Shown here: piece by piece, positions 40,298 to 52,428 of the stretch | How the letters are laid out: every line of letters starts with the position of its first letter | Numbering within the stretch: position 1 is the stretch's first letter | Assembly: GCA_951406725.2 (NCBI GenBank) | Contig: OX597827.1 | Location: forward strand, 39,308,001 to 39,372,000 | Direction of reading: 5' to 3' | Source: Octopus vulgaris | Lineage: Eukaryota | Length of the DNA: 64,000 bases | Program-made: the position numbers and the translations under genes | The notes under the pieces: model-generated | Database searches by the model: none | The model's input: the letters and a program-made list of their open reading frames with translations, nothing else | What the model was told of the DNA's origin: nothing

Positions 40298-40390
40298 GAT
40301 GCGTCATTGATTACCGGCATAGAATGTTCCAGAAGAACAGGAAGTCGGGAGATAACGGAAGCTAAACAGTCAGCTGTTCTGGAAATTGCC
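40298..40390. promoter_or_regulatory. Candidate promoter or enhancer with heat-shock element, ETS and CRE-like motifs
   Basis: aGAAtgTTCcaGAAg (40321-40335), gTTCtgGAAa (40376-40385), caggaagt, acggaagc and tgcgtca in unique, CpG-retaining DNA. Confidence 0.45.
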
Positions 40391-41598
40391 GCTTTTTCTA
40401 CTATCGGCTAGTACTGGCATTTGTGCTTTTGTTGTAGCTGTTATTGTGGTCATTCTTGTTATTGCTGTTGTTTAGTCGCCTGTTAAGGTCAGCCCTGATT
40501 GAGTACAATCTATTATCAAAGATCTTCCTCAAGTAACCATCAACATATTTTCTTAAAGATGGTAGAGGGCAAATGGAAAGATGACGTTTAGCCTGGCTGC
40601 TGTTTCTAGCAAATTCAGTGGTTGTAGAGACACTGCCTTACTGGCTTGTTATTATTGTAGTTGTTGTTAGTAGTGGTGGTTGTGGTGCTGGTGGCAGCCA
40701 TCATCATCATTGTCATCATCATCATCATCATCCTCATCATCATTATCACCAAAGTCTAGCATCTGCTTTTTCTATAATGGCATGGAATTGGGCATGTTTG
40801 CAGCAAAATGTATCCCCATTCCACTTGGTTTTGCATCATCTTGTCGATGGTGTTGATGGCATTGGTTGTGATGATTGTGATAATAGTGGTGGTGGGGGTG
40901 TTAGCAGAATGGTAATTTGTTAGTAGCAGAACTATTGATGTTAGTGGTGGTGATGATAGTAACTGTGGCTATTGGCATTTATATCCCTAGGTCAAGCGTG
41001 ATCAAACAGACTTATGATCTAAGATATTCCAACCATGACCATCCCATCTCATCTGTTTTTCAAAAATACCTCAAACTACATTATCCAATGTGTCCAATAT
41101 TTTTTAAAGATGGCAGAGTATAATTTGAGGGGGACATAATTACTATCTCTAGCATATTAAGCAACTGCCAAGAAATTTCCATTGGTGATAATAGTGGGTT
41201 ATTGAGCTTGTAGTGGTAGACAATTGTAGAAGTAGTGGTAGTAGTAGTAGTAGTAGAACAGATGGTGATGGTCATCATAGTAGTAAAGGTCATAGTATGT
41301 ATGATAAAGTAGTATAAGTGTGCACGGTACATTTGTGTGTTTGGGTGTGTGATGGAAAATGCATTTGGTTTGGGCAAAATACAACAAATCAGAAAAACAT
41401 AAATGTATGACAGCAATGTCCACTGTGGGTGTAGTGTAGTGACCTTCATCACTTGTCATGTGTTACTGCCATTGTCGTTTACCGCTTTTCTTTTTACCGA
41501 TGTTGGTGTCGGCTTTTCAGTGGTGTTGGCGGATGCCGGCATGATGAGTGTAAGGACGCATGGTAGAAAGAGAGAATGAGAGAGAGAGAGAGAGAGAG

Positions 41599-41629
<31 letters not shown>

Positions 41630-41664
41630 AGATAATGTTAATTTTGCAGTTTCTGTGTGTATAG

Positions 41665-41705
<41 letters not shown>

Positions 41706-42189
41706 TACACATATATACACACATACATATACATACATATGTATATATATATATATATATTTATATATATGCACATATATATGTATACACACACACACAT
41801 GCGCACACACACACACAGTCTGATTCATGAAAGCATGGAAAAATGGACATTAATTATGATGATGATGACGATAATGATGATGATGATATATGTGTATGTA
41901 TGTATATAATTATATATATATGTTCACATTTTTTTGTTGTTATTGTTGTCATATTGTCAAATTGTCAACTCTTTTGGTGGCAACTCCCTAAAATAGAAAA
42001 CACCCCTTCTTTCTCCCTTTCACCTTCTTTCTCTTCCCTTAAGCCCCCTCAGGTAAATCTGTAAACAAAATGAAACAACAAATTTCAGGTGTATATGTGT
42101 GTGTGTATGTATGTATGTGCATATGGGGGTTGCTTATTACGTTTTAAAGAACAGAGTCGAGAAAATAGCAAATATACATACACATCAGG

Positions 42190-42671
42190 ATGGTGGTGGT
42201 GGTGGTGATGGTGGTGGTGGTAATAGTAGCTGTTGTTGTTGTAGTTGTTGTTGTTGTTGCTGTTGTGGCGGTAGTGTGGCAGTGTTGGAATCATCTGTGG
42301 CAATGTTGTAAAGGTGGTGAAGGTGGTGATGGCAATGTTGCTGTTGTTGTCGTCGTAGTCGGTGGTCGTTTAGTATTTCTTCATAGCACACTCACACACA
42401 CACACACGCACGCACACACACACACTAGATGTCTAAATGTGGTGTTGGTGGTGGCGACAGTGTTTCTTGCTGTTATTGTTGTTGTTGGTTGTTGGTTGTG
42501 GTTGTGGTTCTAGTTTTGTTGTGGTAGTGGTGGCCGTTGTCATACTCTCTCACACCACACCAGTCCAGTATTGGGGGTAATGGTATTGGTATATTGGTAG
42601 TATCAGTGGTAGTTGGAAGTGGTGAGGAGAAAGCAGTGATGGTGGTGGTGGTGGTGGTAGTGGTGACGATT

Positions 42672-42702
<31 letters not shown>

Positions 42703-43670
42703 CGTCGATGCTGTCATCATCGTATTTCCTCACAACAGCCTGGTTTTTGTGGTAGTGATTATGTCGGTATTGGAAATGATGATTGTAGTTTGGATAAGCA
42801 GAAGGAAAGATGGAAGGAAGACAGGAAGAGAAAAAGGAGAGGAAAAGGAGGGTGGTGGAGTGTGGGTTGTATGGAGGAGGGGTTTGAGGAGTGGTGGGAA
42901 GAGATGCTGCAATGCAGTAAGAGACTGACATTAAGCTTGAATGGTGTTGGTGGTGTCGGTGGTGGTGGTATTGATGTTGGTGGTGTTGTTGGTGGTGTTG
43001 ATGGTTGTAGTGATTAGGGCTGTGCTTATGGTTATGGTGGTGGAGGTGGTGGTGTTGGTGGTGGTGGTGTTGGTGGTGATGTCCCACCTACTGCTGTAGT
43101 GAGACGACAACTATTGCCATTGGTTTGCCACACATACTGTGCAACACGCCGTGCACTATACCGAACCGCACCGAAGATCAATCTGCACATATGATTGCTG
43201 TCTTTTGTCCTTTATATATAGATGTGTTGTAACAACAACGAGAGCAGCAGTAGCAGTAGCTGAAACAGCAGCAGCAGCAGATATTGCAGCAGCAGCAGCA
43301 ATTGCAAGTATAAAAGCAGCAGTTGCAACAACCAATGCAGCAGTAACAGAAAAAAGTAACTGCACCTGCAGCAACAGCAAAATACAGGAACAAATATGAA
43401 GGTAACAGCAGCAATTAACAATAATTAGCAGCAGCAATTAGCAATGACAATGAAGAACACAGCTGGCAGCAGCAGCAGCTGTATTTCTAGTGAAATCCTT
43501 AGTCACGTCATCAGCAGCAATAACAACAACAGCAGCAATGACAGCAGCAACAGCAGCGTCAGCATCTGGTTGTAGCAGTAGTCATAGCAATAACCATAGC
43601 AGCATCAGCTGTTGCAGCGACATCAGCAACAAGTGAAGCAACAATAGTAGAAAGAACAACAACAGTCACA
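42190..43670. repeat. Long (GGT)/(GTT) then (GCA)/(ACA) low-complexity region
   Basis: Directly visible; source of the spurious polyH, polyQ and polyA ORFs. Confidence 0.9.
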
Positions 43671-44029
43671 GAAGGAGCTTGTATGTTATCACTAGATCTG
43701 CCCCTGTTGTTGTTGTTGTTGTTGTTTAATCTCAGCAGATACCTATGATCAAAAGTGCTGCTGCTTGGCCACCCAATCTTTATTAGACAGTGTATCTAGG
43801 TCTACTTATTTAATGTGTCCTTTTAAAATGGCTGTAATTTGTAATTTGAGGAAGATTTGGCTGCTATTTCTTTAGAAACTGTTATAAACCTGAAGAAAGC
43901 CAGAAGCTACACAATGGGTGAAATATTGTGAATTCTAGTTTGAAAATATACCAGTGTTCAATAATGATAATTCCTTAAAAAGTAGATGATTCACAAGGTC
44001 CCAATGTCTCAGAAATAGTGGTGGTAAGC

Positions 44030-44281
44030 CAGTGGTTCCCAATCATTTTTTGTCTCTGGACCCCTTTGATTCCTATTTTTCTAAGGGTTAGGACTCTTAT
44101 ATTCATTTGATGTCTAAAAATGCTTATTATGATTAAACATTATTAGGAATTGTATTTAAAAAAATGTTTAAATATTTTGTGTATTGTAGAAGTATAACCA
44201 GTTAATTGCACATACATTTTACCAACACACCTTTATATGGACCCCCAAGGTGGTCAGATGGACCCCTGTTGAGAATCCCTG
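44030..44281. mobile_element. hAT (Charlie-like) MITE
   Basis: TIRs cagtggttcccaa and ttgagaatccctg; 8-bp TSD tggtaagc/tgataagc. Confidence 0.8.
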
Positions 44282-44825
44282 TGATAAGCACATGAACTGG
44301 GGAAGGACCATTATATAGTCACAAAACATATTTCCTCCAATAAGCTCTAATGTTCTGTAATTGAATAGGAACCCCATCAACTAGTGAAGAAGCTTGTATA
44401 TTGTCTCTTGCCTGTTCAGTGTAGTCAGTATAACTCTCCATAGAACCTTTGAAATATGGAACTATTTGAACAAAAACATCCCAACTTAATTACTGAAAAG
44501 CCCTATAATGCCTTTGAAATAAGAGTCACATGAACCCATGGAAAAGCTTGCACAAGGTCTCTGAAATGGTGGTTCTCAAATAGTGTGTTTTAACACATAG
44601 TAGGTTTTTAAAAATATAATTACAGGTTTCAGAAAATCCATACTAACATTTGAGTCTTGAAAAATAGTGTAATTATATATTTTTAATATAGTGTTGTTAT
44701 AAATTTACTAAAGTAAAAAGTGAAAGGAACTGGAAAAAAGAAAATGAATAAAAGAAAAAGGAAGTTAGTAAATAAATAATCAGCTATACATTGTGCCAAG
44801 GGAAGCTTGTGTTCCCCTGTGAAAA

Positions 44826-45455
44826 TTATTGAGATACTCCAAAAATACTCACAACCTCACTGTGGGTGACTGCAGAGCTGAGTTGCCGGTACAGTTAGAA
44901 AACCTCCTGAGTATTATCTGATACCTCATGAGGCAAGAAGTTAACAAAGTCAAAATTCTTGTCAACCATCCAGCATCTCTTTCCATCAATGTCTGAGAAG
45001 ATACAAGCTGAAAATTGTAATTTATCAACAAATCACCTCATTCAGCTACAAATGCAGTAATCCCCATTTTTACTGCAGTATGAAGGACCTGAGATGAGAT
45101 AGATGAGATTTTAATAGTGCTGTCCTATATGAAGTATTGTTCGTTAGCCCAAATCCACTGGGCCTCTTTCCATCATCCATCAATGAACCCAATGGTTCTG
45201 AAGTCAGGGAAATGTTTACTCCTGCTAGGGCTCATTTAATGATTAGGTTTATCTCATTGTGGTGACTAGTGTGGTCAACATTTAATCGACATGATATTTC
45301 ATGAAGAGTGCTAGGATCATGGGACTTACCACAACACCTCATTCTCTCACATACACCAACTCCATGTTTGAGGATGATGCAGAAGTAGAGCTCAGCCAAG
45401 CTTAGGAAGGCACCAATGTTTGCCACAAACAAAGTATCAACTCAATCTTCTGAAA
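44826..45455 (-). pseudogene. CRE-clade non-LTR retrotransposon relic (zinc knuckle plus restriction-like endonuclease)
   Basis: VCERMRCCGKSHDPSTLHEISCRLN..HNEINLIIK*ALAGVN..EPLGSLMDDGKRPSG..YNFQLVSSQTL..RQLSSAVTHSEVVSIFG follows the CRE pattern (HGLSC, RHxxxN, EP, DGKRPDG, QRLSxAxQRGN). Confidence 0.82.
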
Positions 45456-46356
45456 ATTTGGCACTCAAATAACATTGGTGACACCCTGAGTGTTGATAAA
45501 TGTGTTATTGATAATTTTATTAAACACAAGTGTGATGAATAAAGAAAGGTAAGCAATTTATTGTTTTCTTAAAATTTTTTCTTTTTGACTTCTAGTGCAC
45601 CCCAAGGTTAAGAAAAAATCGACGACTACAACAGTAGACTGTTCATAGTAGTAACTAGTAACTGAAGTCTGTCTCTTCATTATCATCATCATCATCATCA
45701 TTATTTAACATTCTCCTTCCATGCTGGCATGGGTTGGACAGCTTGATAAAAGCCAGCAAGTCATAAGACTGCACCAAGCTCTACCGCATGGTCCTCTATG
45801 GCTGGATGCCATGGGCCGTGTGAAACATTTGGAATTTTCTTCAGAGCACAATGTATAGCCTTAAAATTGGAAGGATATGTTAGATGTTGTGGTCTTAGAC
45901 ATAGTATGCCTGAAAATAAGTCGGGCATAGTTACAGCTGGAACACTTTTGATAATAGGTCTGCTCAACTTGTGCTGATACAGTATGTTGCAAATTTGTTG
46001 GTGATTGGTTCATGATAATGTAAGTAGCTAGAAATTTTGTGTTCCTTTTATGGAGCGAAAAATGTTACAGTCAAAAAGATATCTGTGGTTATATGTGAGA
46101 GAGAGAGGGAGGGAGAGAGAGAGAAGCTTGAGAATATATTGTTCTTTGAATTACAATTTTGATTATTTTACACATAATATAAAATATATCATTGTTGTTT
46201 ATAGCCAGGTCATACCTAATTGGTTAGATCAGATGTAAATATCCCATATTTTTTTTACATCTATGTTTATCATTGCCATCATCATCATCGTCGCCTTCAC
46301 CTTCATCACCATCATCATCATCATCGCCATTGATATATATATATATATATATATAT

Positions 46357-46391
<35 letters not shown>

Positions 46392-46480
46392 TTAATGTCC
46401 GTTTTCCATGCTGGCATGGGTTGGACAATTTGACTAATAACTGATAAGCCGGGGGTGTACCAGTTATCAGTCAAATTGTC

Positions 46481-46515
<35 letters not shown>

Positions 46516-46689
46516 TACTTTGTGTATTTTATATGTATGATTTTGTTTGTTTTTGGTCTTACAGTGAAAACCACACACAGGCCACACAGGTGTGTGTTGA
46601 CCACATAAAAGTGACATAGTGCTTGCTGATGATACAAACCTTAGGAAATCTTATGCTCATCAAACTAAAGTCACAGAATTATAATAATG

Positions 46690-47200
46690 TCTCAAAGGTC
46701 AAACTCCACTGACCACTCAAATGCTTAAGAACAAATAAACCCAAAGGTCATGGATACCGAATGATAGCTACCCAGATTAACATGAAGATTTTTTTCTCCA
46801 AGGTTTACCAACACCTTAAATATTATATCTTATGAGATTTAAGCTGACTCCATACACATCATATAGACGATGTAAAGGTTATACTGAATCTATGAAGGTC
46901 ACGGTGACCTCAAGGATGTTGCTTTTTGAGATCAAGGCGATGATAATAATGAATATTAATGGGATTTATAGTGAGTCTATGAAGGTAATATTGACTCTGT
47001 AAAGGTCATACTGATCTCATGAAGGTGAACCTGACCACATAAATATATTGTCTCCATGAAGGCAGTCCATCATACATACATCAAACTCTCAATGTGAAGG
47101 TCATAGTAATTCCATAAATCCAATAAACATGTACATGTGAAAATGAGTCTCATTTTTTTTTTGCTATGGAAGCTGTATGAAAGCCATACTGGTCCCATGA
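46690..47200. repeat. Highly degenerate ~20-21-bp minisatellite
   Basis: Recurring atgaaggtcatactgacYcc-like units. Confidence 0.55.
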
Positions 47201-47518
47201 CTTTAGGAAACATTTTTTCACGCTAAGAGTTACTGAAGTATGGAACAAACTGCTGGCATCAGTTGTTAGTTGTCGGAGCACTGCATCCTTCAAAACTTCC
47301 ATGCTTCCTGAGATTCGCCAACACTACACCTGATTTTCTCCCCTCCATACACACGCAAGCACGTCTCTGACTCATACACTGTTTACTTTCCAGACATTTG
47401 TACATTACTGCATATGTTTTATACGCACTTTTGACAAGTTGTGGTGCACCTGAGCACTGTATACAATAATTTCATTATTATTATTATAATTATTATTATT
47501 ATTATTATTATTATTATT
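47194..47518 (+). mobile_element. CR1-clade LINE 3' end, copy 2
   Basis: HDFRKHFFTLRVTEVWNKLLASVV..FKTSMLPEIRQHYT*, then UTR and (ATT)n. Confidence 0.9.
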
Positions 47519-48072
47519 GAGTGAGAGAGCAGTGCATGCCATCAAAATGACACTGGAGTAAAATATAGGAAGCCCAGTATACCCATCATGACTACCCGTC
47601 TGATAAGGGTACACTAGGCACATGCATCACAACCATATGTGCGCGACATGGTGATCTCATATCAAGATAAGCAGCAGATGACCTTGCAGGTGGGGCCCAC
47701 TTAGAATTTTCTTCAGGTCGAGTAACCTATCCTGCTCAAAAGGTCCCTGAATAAGGGTTGTTTAAGGATGTTGAATGAAACACCCATGTTTCCAGAGGTG
47801 AATTATTCAAACCCCAAAGAATCCCTCTCAACACATGGCTATGATGCTCCCATACTACTTCTGCTCGTGATCAGAGATGCACATATCGTCAGCCACTAAG
47901 GGACATGCTCAACTGGTTAAGTTCAAACAACTGACAAGCAAATCTGTGGTATTGAGCAGAATATTTGCTGTAGCCCATCTTTTATACCAAGACAAAACAA
48001 TGTACATGATAACACTTCTAATTAGTTAAGATCAGAAGCCATGAAAGCCACTGTCTAGTATTGCATCAGGGC

Positions 48073-48074
<2 letters not shown>
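47519..48074. mobile_element. 556-bp element embedded in an (ATT)n tract (possible Dong/R4-type 3' UTR)
   Basis: Complex sequence flanked on both sides by (ATT)n; no ORF. The clade is inferred from the target repeat only. Confidence 0.5.
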
Positions 48075-48132
<58 letters not shown>

Positions 48133-48875
48133 GCAGTTACAGTGGCCACTGGTTTTACTTTGACTTTCATATAGTCTATATGATTTCTGTAGTGCATGAT
48201 ATACAACCTTACTTGACTCACATAAAACACATTCACTTACTATTCCATGATTGTATTGTTAACAGTAGAAGGGCATCTATCCAGAAATAAAAGCAACTCA
48301 TCTGACCACAAACCATCCCACCCATGCAAGAATAGATACTAAGTTGTGGCTCCACCATGCACAAATACACATGTCTAGTATACACATGCTTACACACATG
48401 AGCACACCACAATCTATACACAATTACTATAACATGGAACCTATGATAAATAAATGGACAATAAGAATGCTACTACATAGTTGCTGAACTTGCTAGATAT
48501 AGCAGTCAAATCTCCTTAAAAGTACATTCTATTGTCCTAAAAAATTAAGGGCACATTGGATATTGTTGTCTTAGATATGCATTACTCTCAGAAAGGATGA
48601 GAGTTATATCTGGAAAGCTTTTGTCCATAGCTCTACTCAACCAAGACTGACCTGAAGTTATACAACAACAACAGTGATGGAGATAACAATAACAAGAACA
48701 GGATGATCAACAAAAATATGGCAAGAAGTTCATGTAAATATCTAAATTAGAATTTAAAAAGAAATAGATGAAAATCATCAGACAAGTAAAAATGTCAATA
48801 ATATTGACAACAACAAAATACAGTATTTACATTATTTACATTTGATGGATATTTGTCCTTATCTTGTTTGTTGTT

Positions 48876-48920
48876 AACACAATGTTTTGGTTGATATACT
48901 CTCCAGCCTTCATCAGGTGC
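48876..48920 (-). ncRNA. Degenerate minimal hammerhead motif (H1 left arm)
   Basis: gcac-CTGATGA-a-ggctg-gagagtatat-caacc-AAAAC-ATT-gtgtt. Confidence 0.6.
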
Positions 48921-48968
48921 TTTGGGGAAATTTTGAACCTGGGTTCTCATTCCTAAGGTATTTTTTGA

Positions 48969-49015
<47 letters not shown>

Positions 49016-49180
49016 TCACTGCCTGGAATTGAACTCAGAATCTTGGGGTTAAGAGCACGAGCTCCTAACCCCAAGATTCCGAGTTTGATTTCAGGCAGTG
49101 ACTTGAATGATAATAATAATAATGATAATAACATCGAAAAATACCTTAGGAATGAGAACCCACGTTCGAAATTTCCCCAA

Positions 49181-49218
49181 GACACCCGATGAATGCTGGA
49201 GAGTATATCAGCCGAAAC
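49181..49218 (+). ncRNA. Degenerate minimal hammerhead motif (H1 right arm)
   Basis: gacac-CCGATGA-a-tgctg-gagagtatat-cagcc-GAAAC; the cleavage triplet and 3' stem I strand are deleted. Confidence 0.55.
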
Positions 49219-49871
49219 AAGATGAGGACAAATATCCGTCAAATGTAAATAATGTAAATAATGTACATAATTCCTCATCTCTTACATATAGAACTGTATT
49301 ACTCATTTTAATTCCAGCTGAGTAGACAGAAACAATGTGAAATGAAGCATTTTGCTTAAGAACACAACAAGCTACCTGGCCCAGGAATTGAAACCACAAT
49401 GATCTTTTGCTCATAAGTCTGACACCTTGACTACGAGGCCACATTCCTCTCAGAAATAGTAGGCAGTGAAATGGATGGATGGAGGAAAGGGAGAAGAAAA
49501 TTAACAGTGTTATAGTAATAATTTCATTAATCCAATGTTTCCGAAGTTGACTTCACCTTTCATTTTTTCAGGGTTGATAAATTAAGCACCAATGAAACGC
49601 TAGGGGTTTATGCAAGCAACTAGTACCCTCCCCAAATTTTCAGGCCTTGTGCCTTTAGTAGAAAGGATTATTCCAATGTTTACCAATTACAGGAATCAAC
49701 AGGAGATGCTAAAAGTGAAAGTGTTTTCATTTCTTGGAAATTGAAGTAAAACTGTTTGAATTAGAGAGCTGGTGAAAAAAAGAGCAAATGCGTTTTTTTT
49801 AAATCGATAAAAATACTTGGAAACAAATAAAAGGAAGGTAAAAAGCAATGTTTGTGTGTGTGTGTCTGTGA

Positions 49872-49903
<32 letters not shown>

Positions 49904-49935
49904 ATATGTGGAAATTTCTTGGAAACTGACTAAAA

Positions 49936-50265
49936 TCTAACACCCCCGTGGACATATTTACAAAGTAAGAAAACAGCACAGCTCCCATGACTTCAGGAAA
50001 CATTTTTTCATGCTGAGAGTTGCTGAAGCGTGGAACAAACTGCCGGCATTGGTTGTTAGTTGTTGGAGCACTGCATCCTTCAAAACTTCCATGCTTCCTG
50101 AGATTCGCCAACACTACACTTGATTTTCTCCCCTCCATACACACACATGCATGTTCACTTTCCAGACATTTCTACATTACTGCATGTACTTTATATGCAC
50201 TTTCTGACAAGTTGTGGTGCACCTGAGCACTGTATACAATAATTTCATTATTATTATTATTATTA
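49936..50265 (+). mobile_element. CR1-clade LINE 3' end, copy 3
   Basis: RGHIYKVRKQHSSHDFRKHFF..WNKLPA, then UTR and (ATT)n. Confidence 0.9.
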
Positions 50266-50486
50266 TAGATGAAGACAATAAAAAGCAAGTAAAACTGTTT
50301 GAAATACTGTGTGTGTGTGTGTGTGCGTGTGTGTGTGTGTGTGTGTGTGAGTGTGTGTGTGTGCAGTGTGTGGTATGTGTGTTTGCGTGTGGTATATGTA
50401 TTTGTGTGTGTGCATGACTATGCATGCATGCATATGTGTAGGTGTGTGTGTGTGAGAGAGATAGAGAGAAGTGTGTGTGTGCATAT

Positions 50487-50521
<35 letters not shown>

Positions 50522-51624
50522 GTGTGTGTGCATACGAGTGAGAGAGAGAGAGAGAGAGAGAAAAGTGTGTGCACATAGAGGGAGAGAGAAAATGTGTCTG
50601 TGGGAGAGAGGAGAATGTGAGAAAGAGAAATTGTTTAGGAGAGTGAGAAAGAGAGAGTGAGAGAAAGAAACTCTGTGTGTGCATGTGTGTGTGTGTGTGT
50701 AAAAAGAAAGAGATATCAAGGATGACGGAAAAAAATTAACACAGAATATTAGGGAGAAAAGAGGGTTAATATCTAAAAGCAGGTAAAAAATAAGAAAAAT
50801 AATATATAATAACCAACCATGGAATGAAGAAAGAGTAGATATCCCAGAAAAGTTGGTAGACATTGTGTTGCATGAACAGAGTATATGTTGTAGACTAAGC
50901 CAGATTGTAGACACACCAGCAGCAAGATAAGCACAAAATGCTCAAAGTTACAGACTTAGACAATCATAAAAGACACTTAAGGAAATCATATGGAGAGGGA
51001 GAGAGAGAAGAGGAGGAGAGAGAGGGGAGGGAGAGAGAGAAGTGAAAAGTTTAAAGACAGCTATTAATGAAGGAAGTGAGAGAACCAGTGCAGATGCAAG
51101 ACAGAGGAAAGCAACTTCAGTATAAAACGGAACTGAAGAAGAAAGAGAAAGAACAGAAGAACTTATGTAAAGAATGGCAGTACACTTTGCTAATGAGATG
51201 CAAGAGAAAAGATATCAAAGAATTAAGGACCTAAAACAAAATGTGGCAGCAACGTTAGAAAATGTAACAAAAGAGCAGAAGGAGGAATGGTAAGCAAATG
51301 AAAGATTAAGAGCTGTTGAGAGAATACAAAATAAAATGGAAGGTGACAGATATATCTGGAGATGTCACGATGCTGAGAATATGAGGCTAGCATGACATGG
51401 CCGTCAGCGTGAGGTTATAAGCAATGAAGATGGTTTAGATACAAATATCATTGAAACACCACAAAAAGTGGGGTCAAATTGAGATATCTTATTGACCAGC
51501 AGCAGTCTCCAATCTTCTTTTGCAGCACAGACTAGTTTCATGAAAGACAGTTTTTCTATGGACAGCGGGGATCATGTGCATAATGAAACACATTAAGGTG
51601 CATAATATATAATTTAATTGGCTT

Positions 51625-51938
51625 GGCTCTCCATCAGTTATGATGATGAGTGTTCCTGTTGATTTGATGTGACTAGTGGAAAAACCTGCTCATGAAATTA
51701 ACATGCAAGTGGCTGAGCACTCTACAGACAAGTACTCTAAGCATAACTACAGGCAGATTCAGCATGACACAGAGTATGACAAGGCTGGTTCTTTGAATTA
51801 CAGGTATAACTCATTTTTGCCAGCTGAGTGGACTGGAGCAATATTAAATAGAATATCTTTCTCAAGGACACAATGTGCCATTGGAAGTTGAAATCATGAC
51901 CTCACAAATAACCTAACAACTAAGCCATGCACCTTCAT
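51625..51938 (-). mobile_element. Long SINE family R variant
   Basis: Shares the gccagctgagtggactggagcaa core with R; homologous to 57392-57665 and 26045-26205. Confidence 0.8.
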
Positions 51939-52012
51939 GTTTAATAAAGTAATTATTACAAATGTCATATATATTACAAATATAATGCAAAAACTCCCTG
52001 CAGTCGATATAA

Positions 52013-52428
52013 TACTCTTACTCTTTTCTCTTTTACTTGTTTCAGTCATTTGACTGTGGCTATGCTGGAGCACCGCCTTTAGTCAAGCAAATCGACCCCA
52101 GGATTTATTCTTTGTAAGCCTAGTACTTATTCTATCGGTCTCTTTTGCTGAACTGATAAGTTACGGGGATGTAAACACACCAGCATCGGTTGTCAAGTGA
52201 TGTTGGGGGACAAACAACCAAACATACACACACAAACACACACATATATATATATACATATATACGACAGGCTTCTTTCAGTTTCCGTCTACCAAATCCA
52301 CTCACAAGGCTTTGGTCGGCCCAAGGCTATAGTAGAAGATACTTGCCCAAGGTGCCATGAAGTGGGACTGAACCTGGAACCATGTGGTTTGTAAGCAAAC
52401 TACTTGCTACACAGCCACTCTTATGCCT
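52013..52428 (-). mobile_element. SINE family A, full length
   Basis: Reverse complement of family A. Confidence 0.92.

Larger units (their letters stand above)
48818..49299. mobile_element. Palindromic head-to-head pair of tRNA-headed, hammerhead-bearing element H1 (Penelope-like arrangement)
   Basis: Arms 48818-49051 and 49066-49299 are imperfect reverse complements; each has a B-box-like motif, (AAT)n and a CTGATGA...GAAAC-type motif. Confidence 0.8.

Noticed and set aside
42190-43440. PolyH, polyQ, polyV and polyA ORFs
   Set aside because: Translations of trinucleotide microsatellites that are open on both strands; no supporting splice structure.
44853-45007. F-box-like peptide DFVNFLPHEVS/QIILRR with apparent splice sites
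   Set aside because: It needs a frameshift and lies inside a collinear CRE retrotransposon relic that explains the region better.
45330-45449. 120-nt minus-strand exon candidate (tttcag...gtaagt)
   Set aside because: Stops in all three frames; part of the CRE relic.
50700-51440. Purine-rich tract as a LINE relic or exon
   Set aside because: Only weak motif resemblances, in the wrong order; left unassigned.
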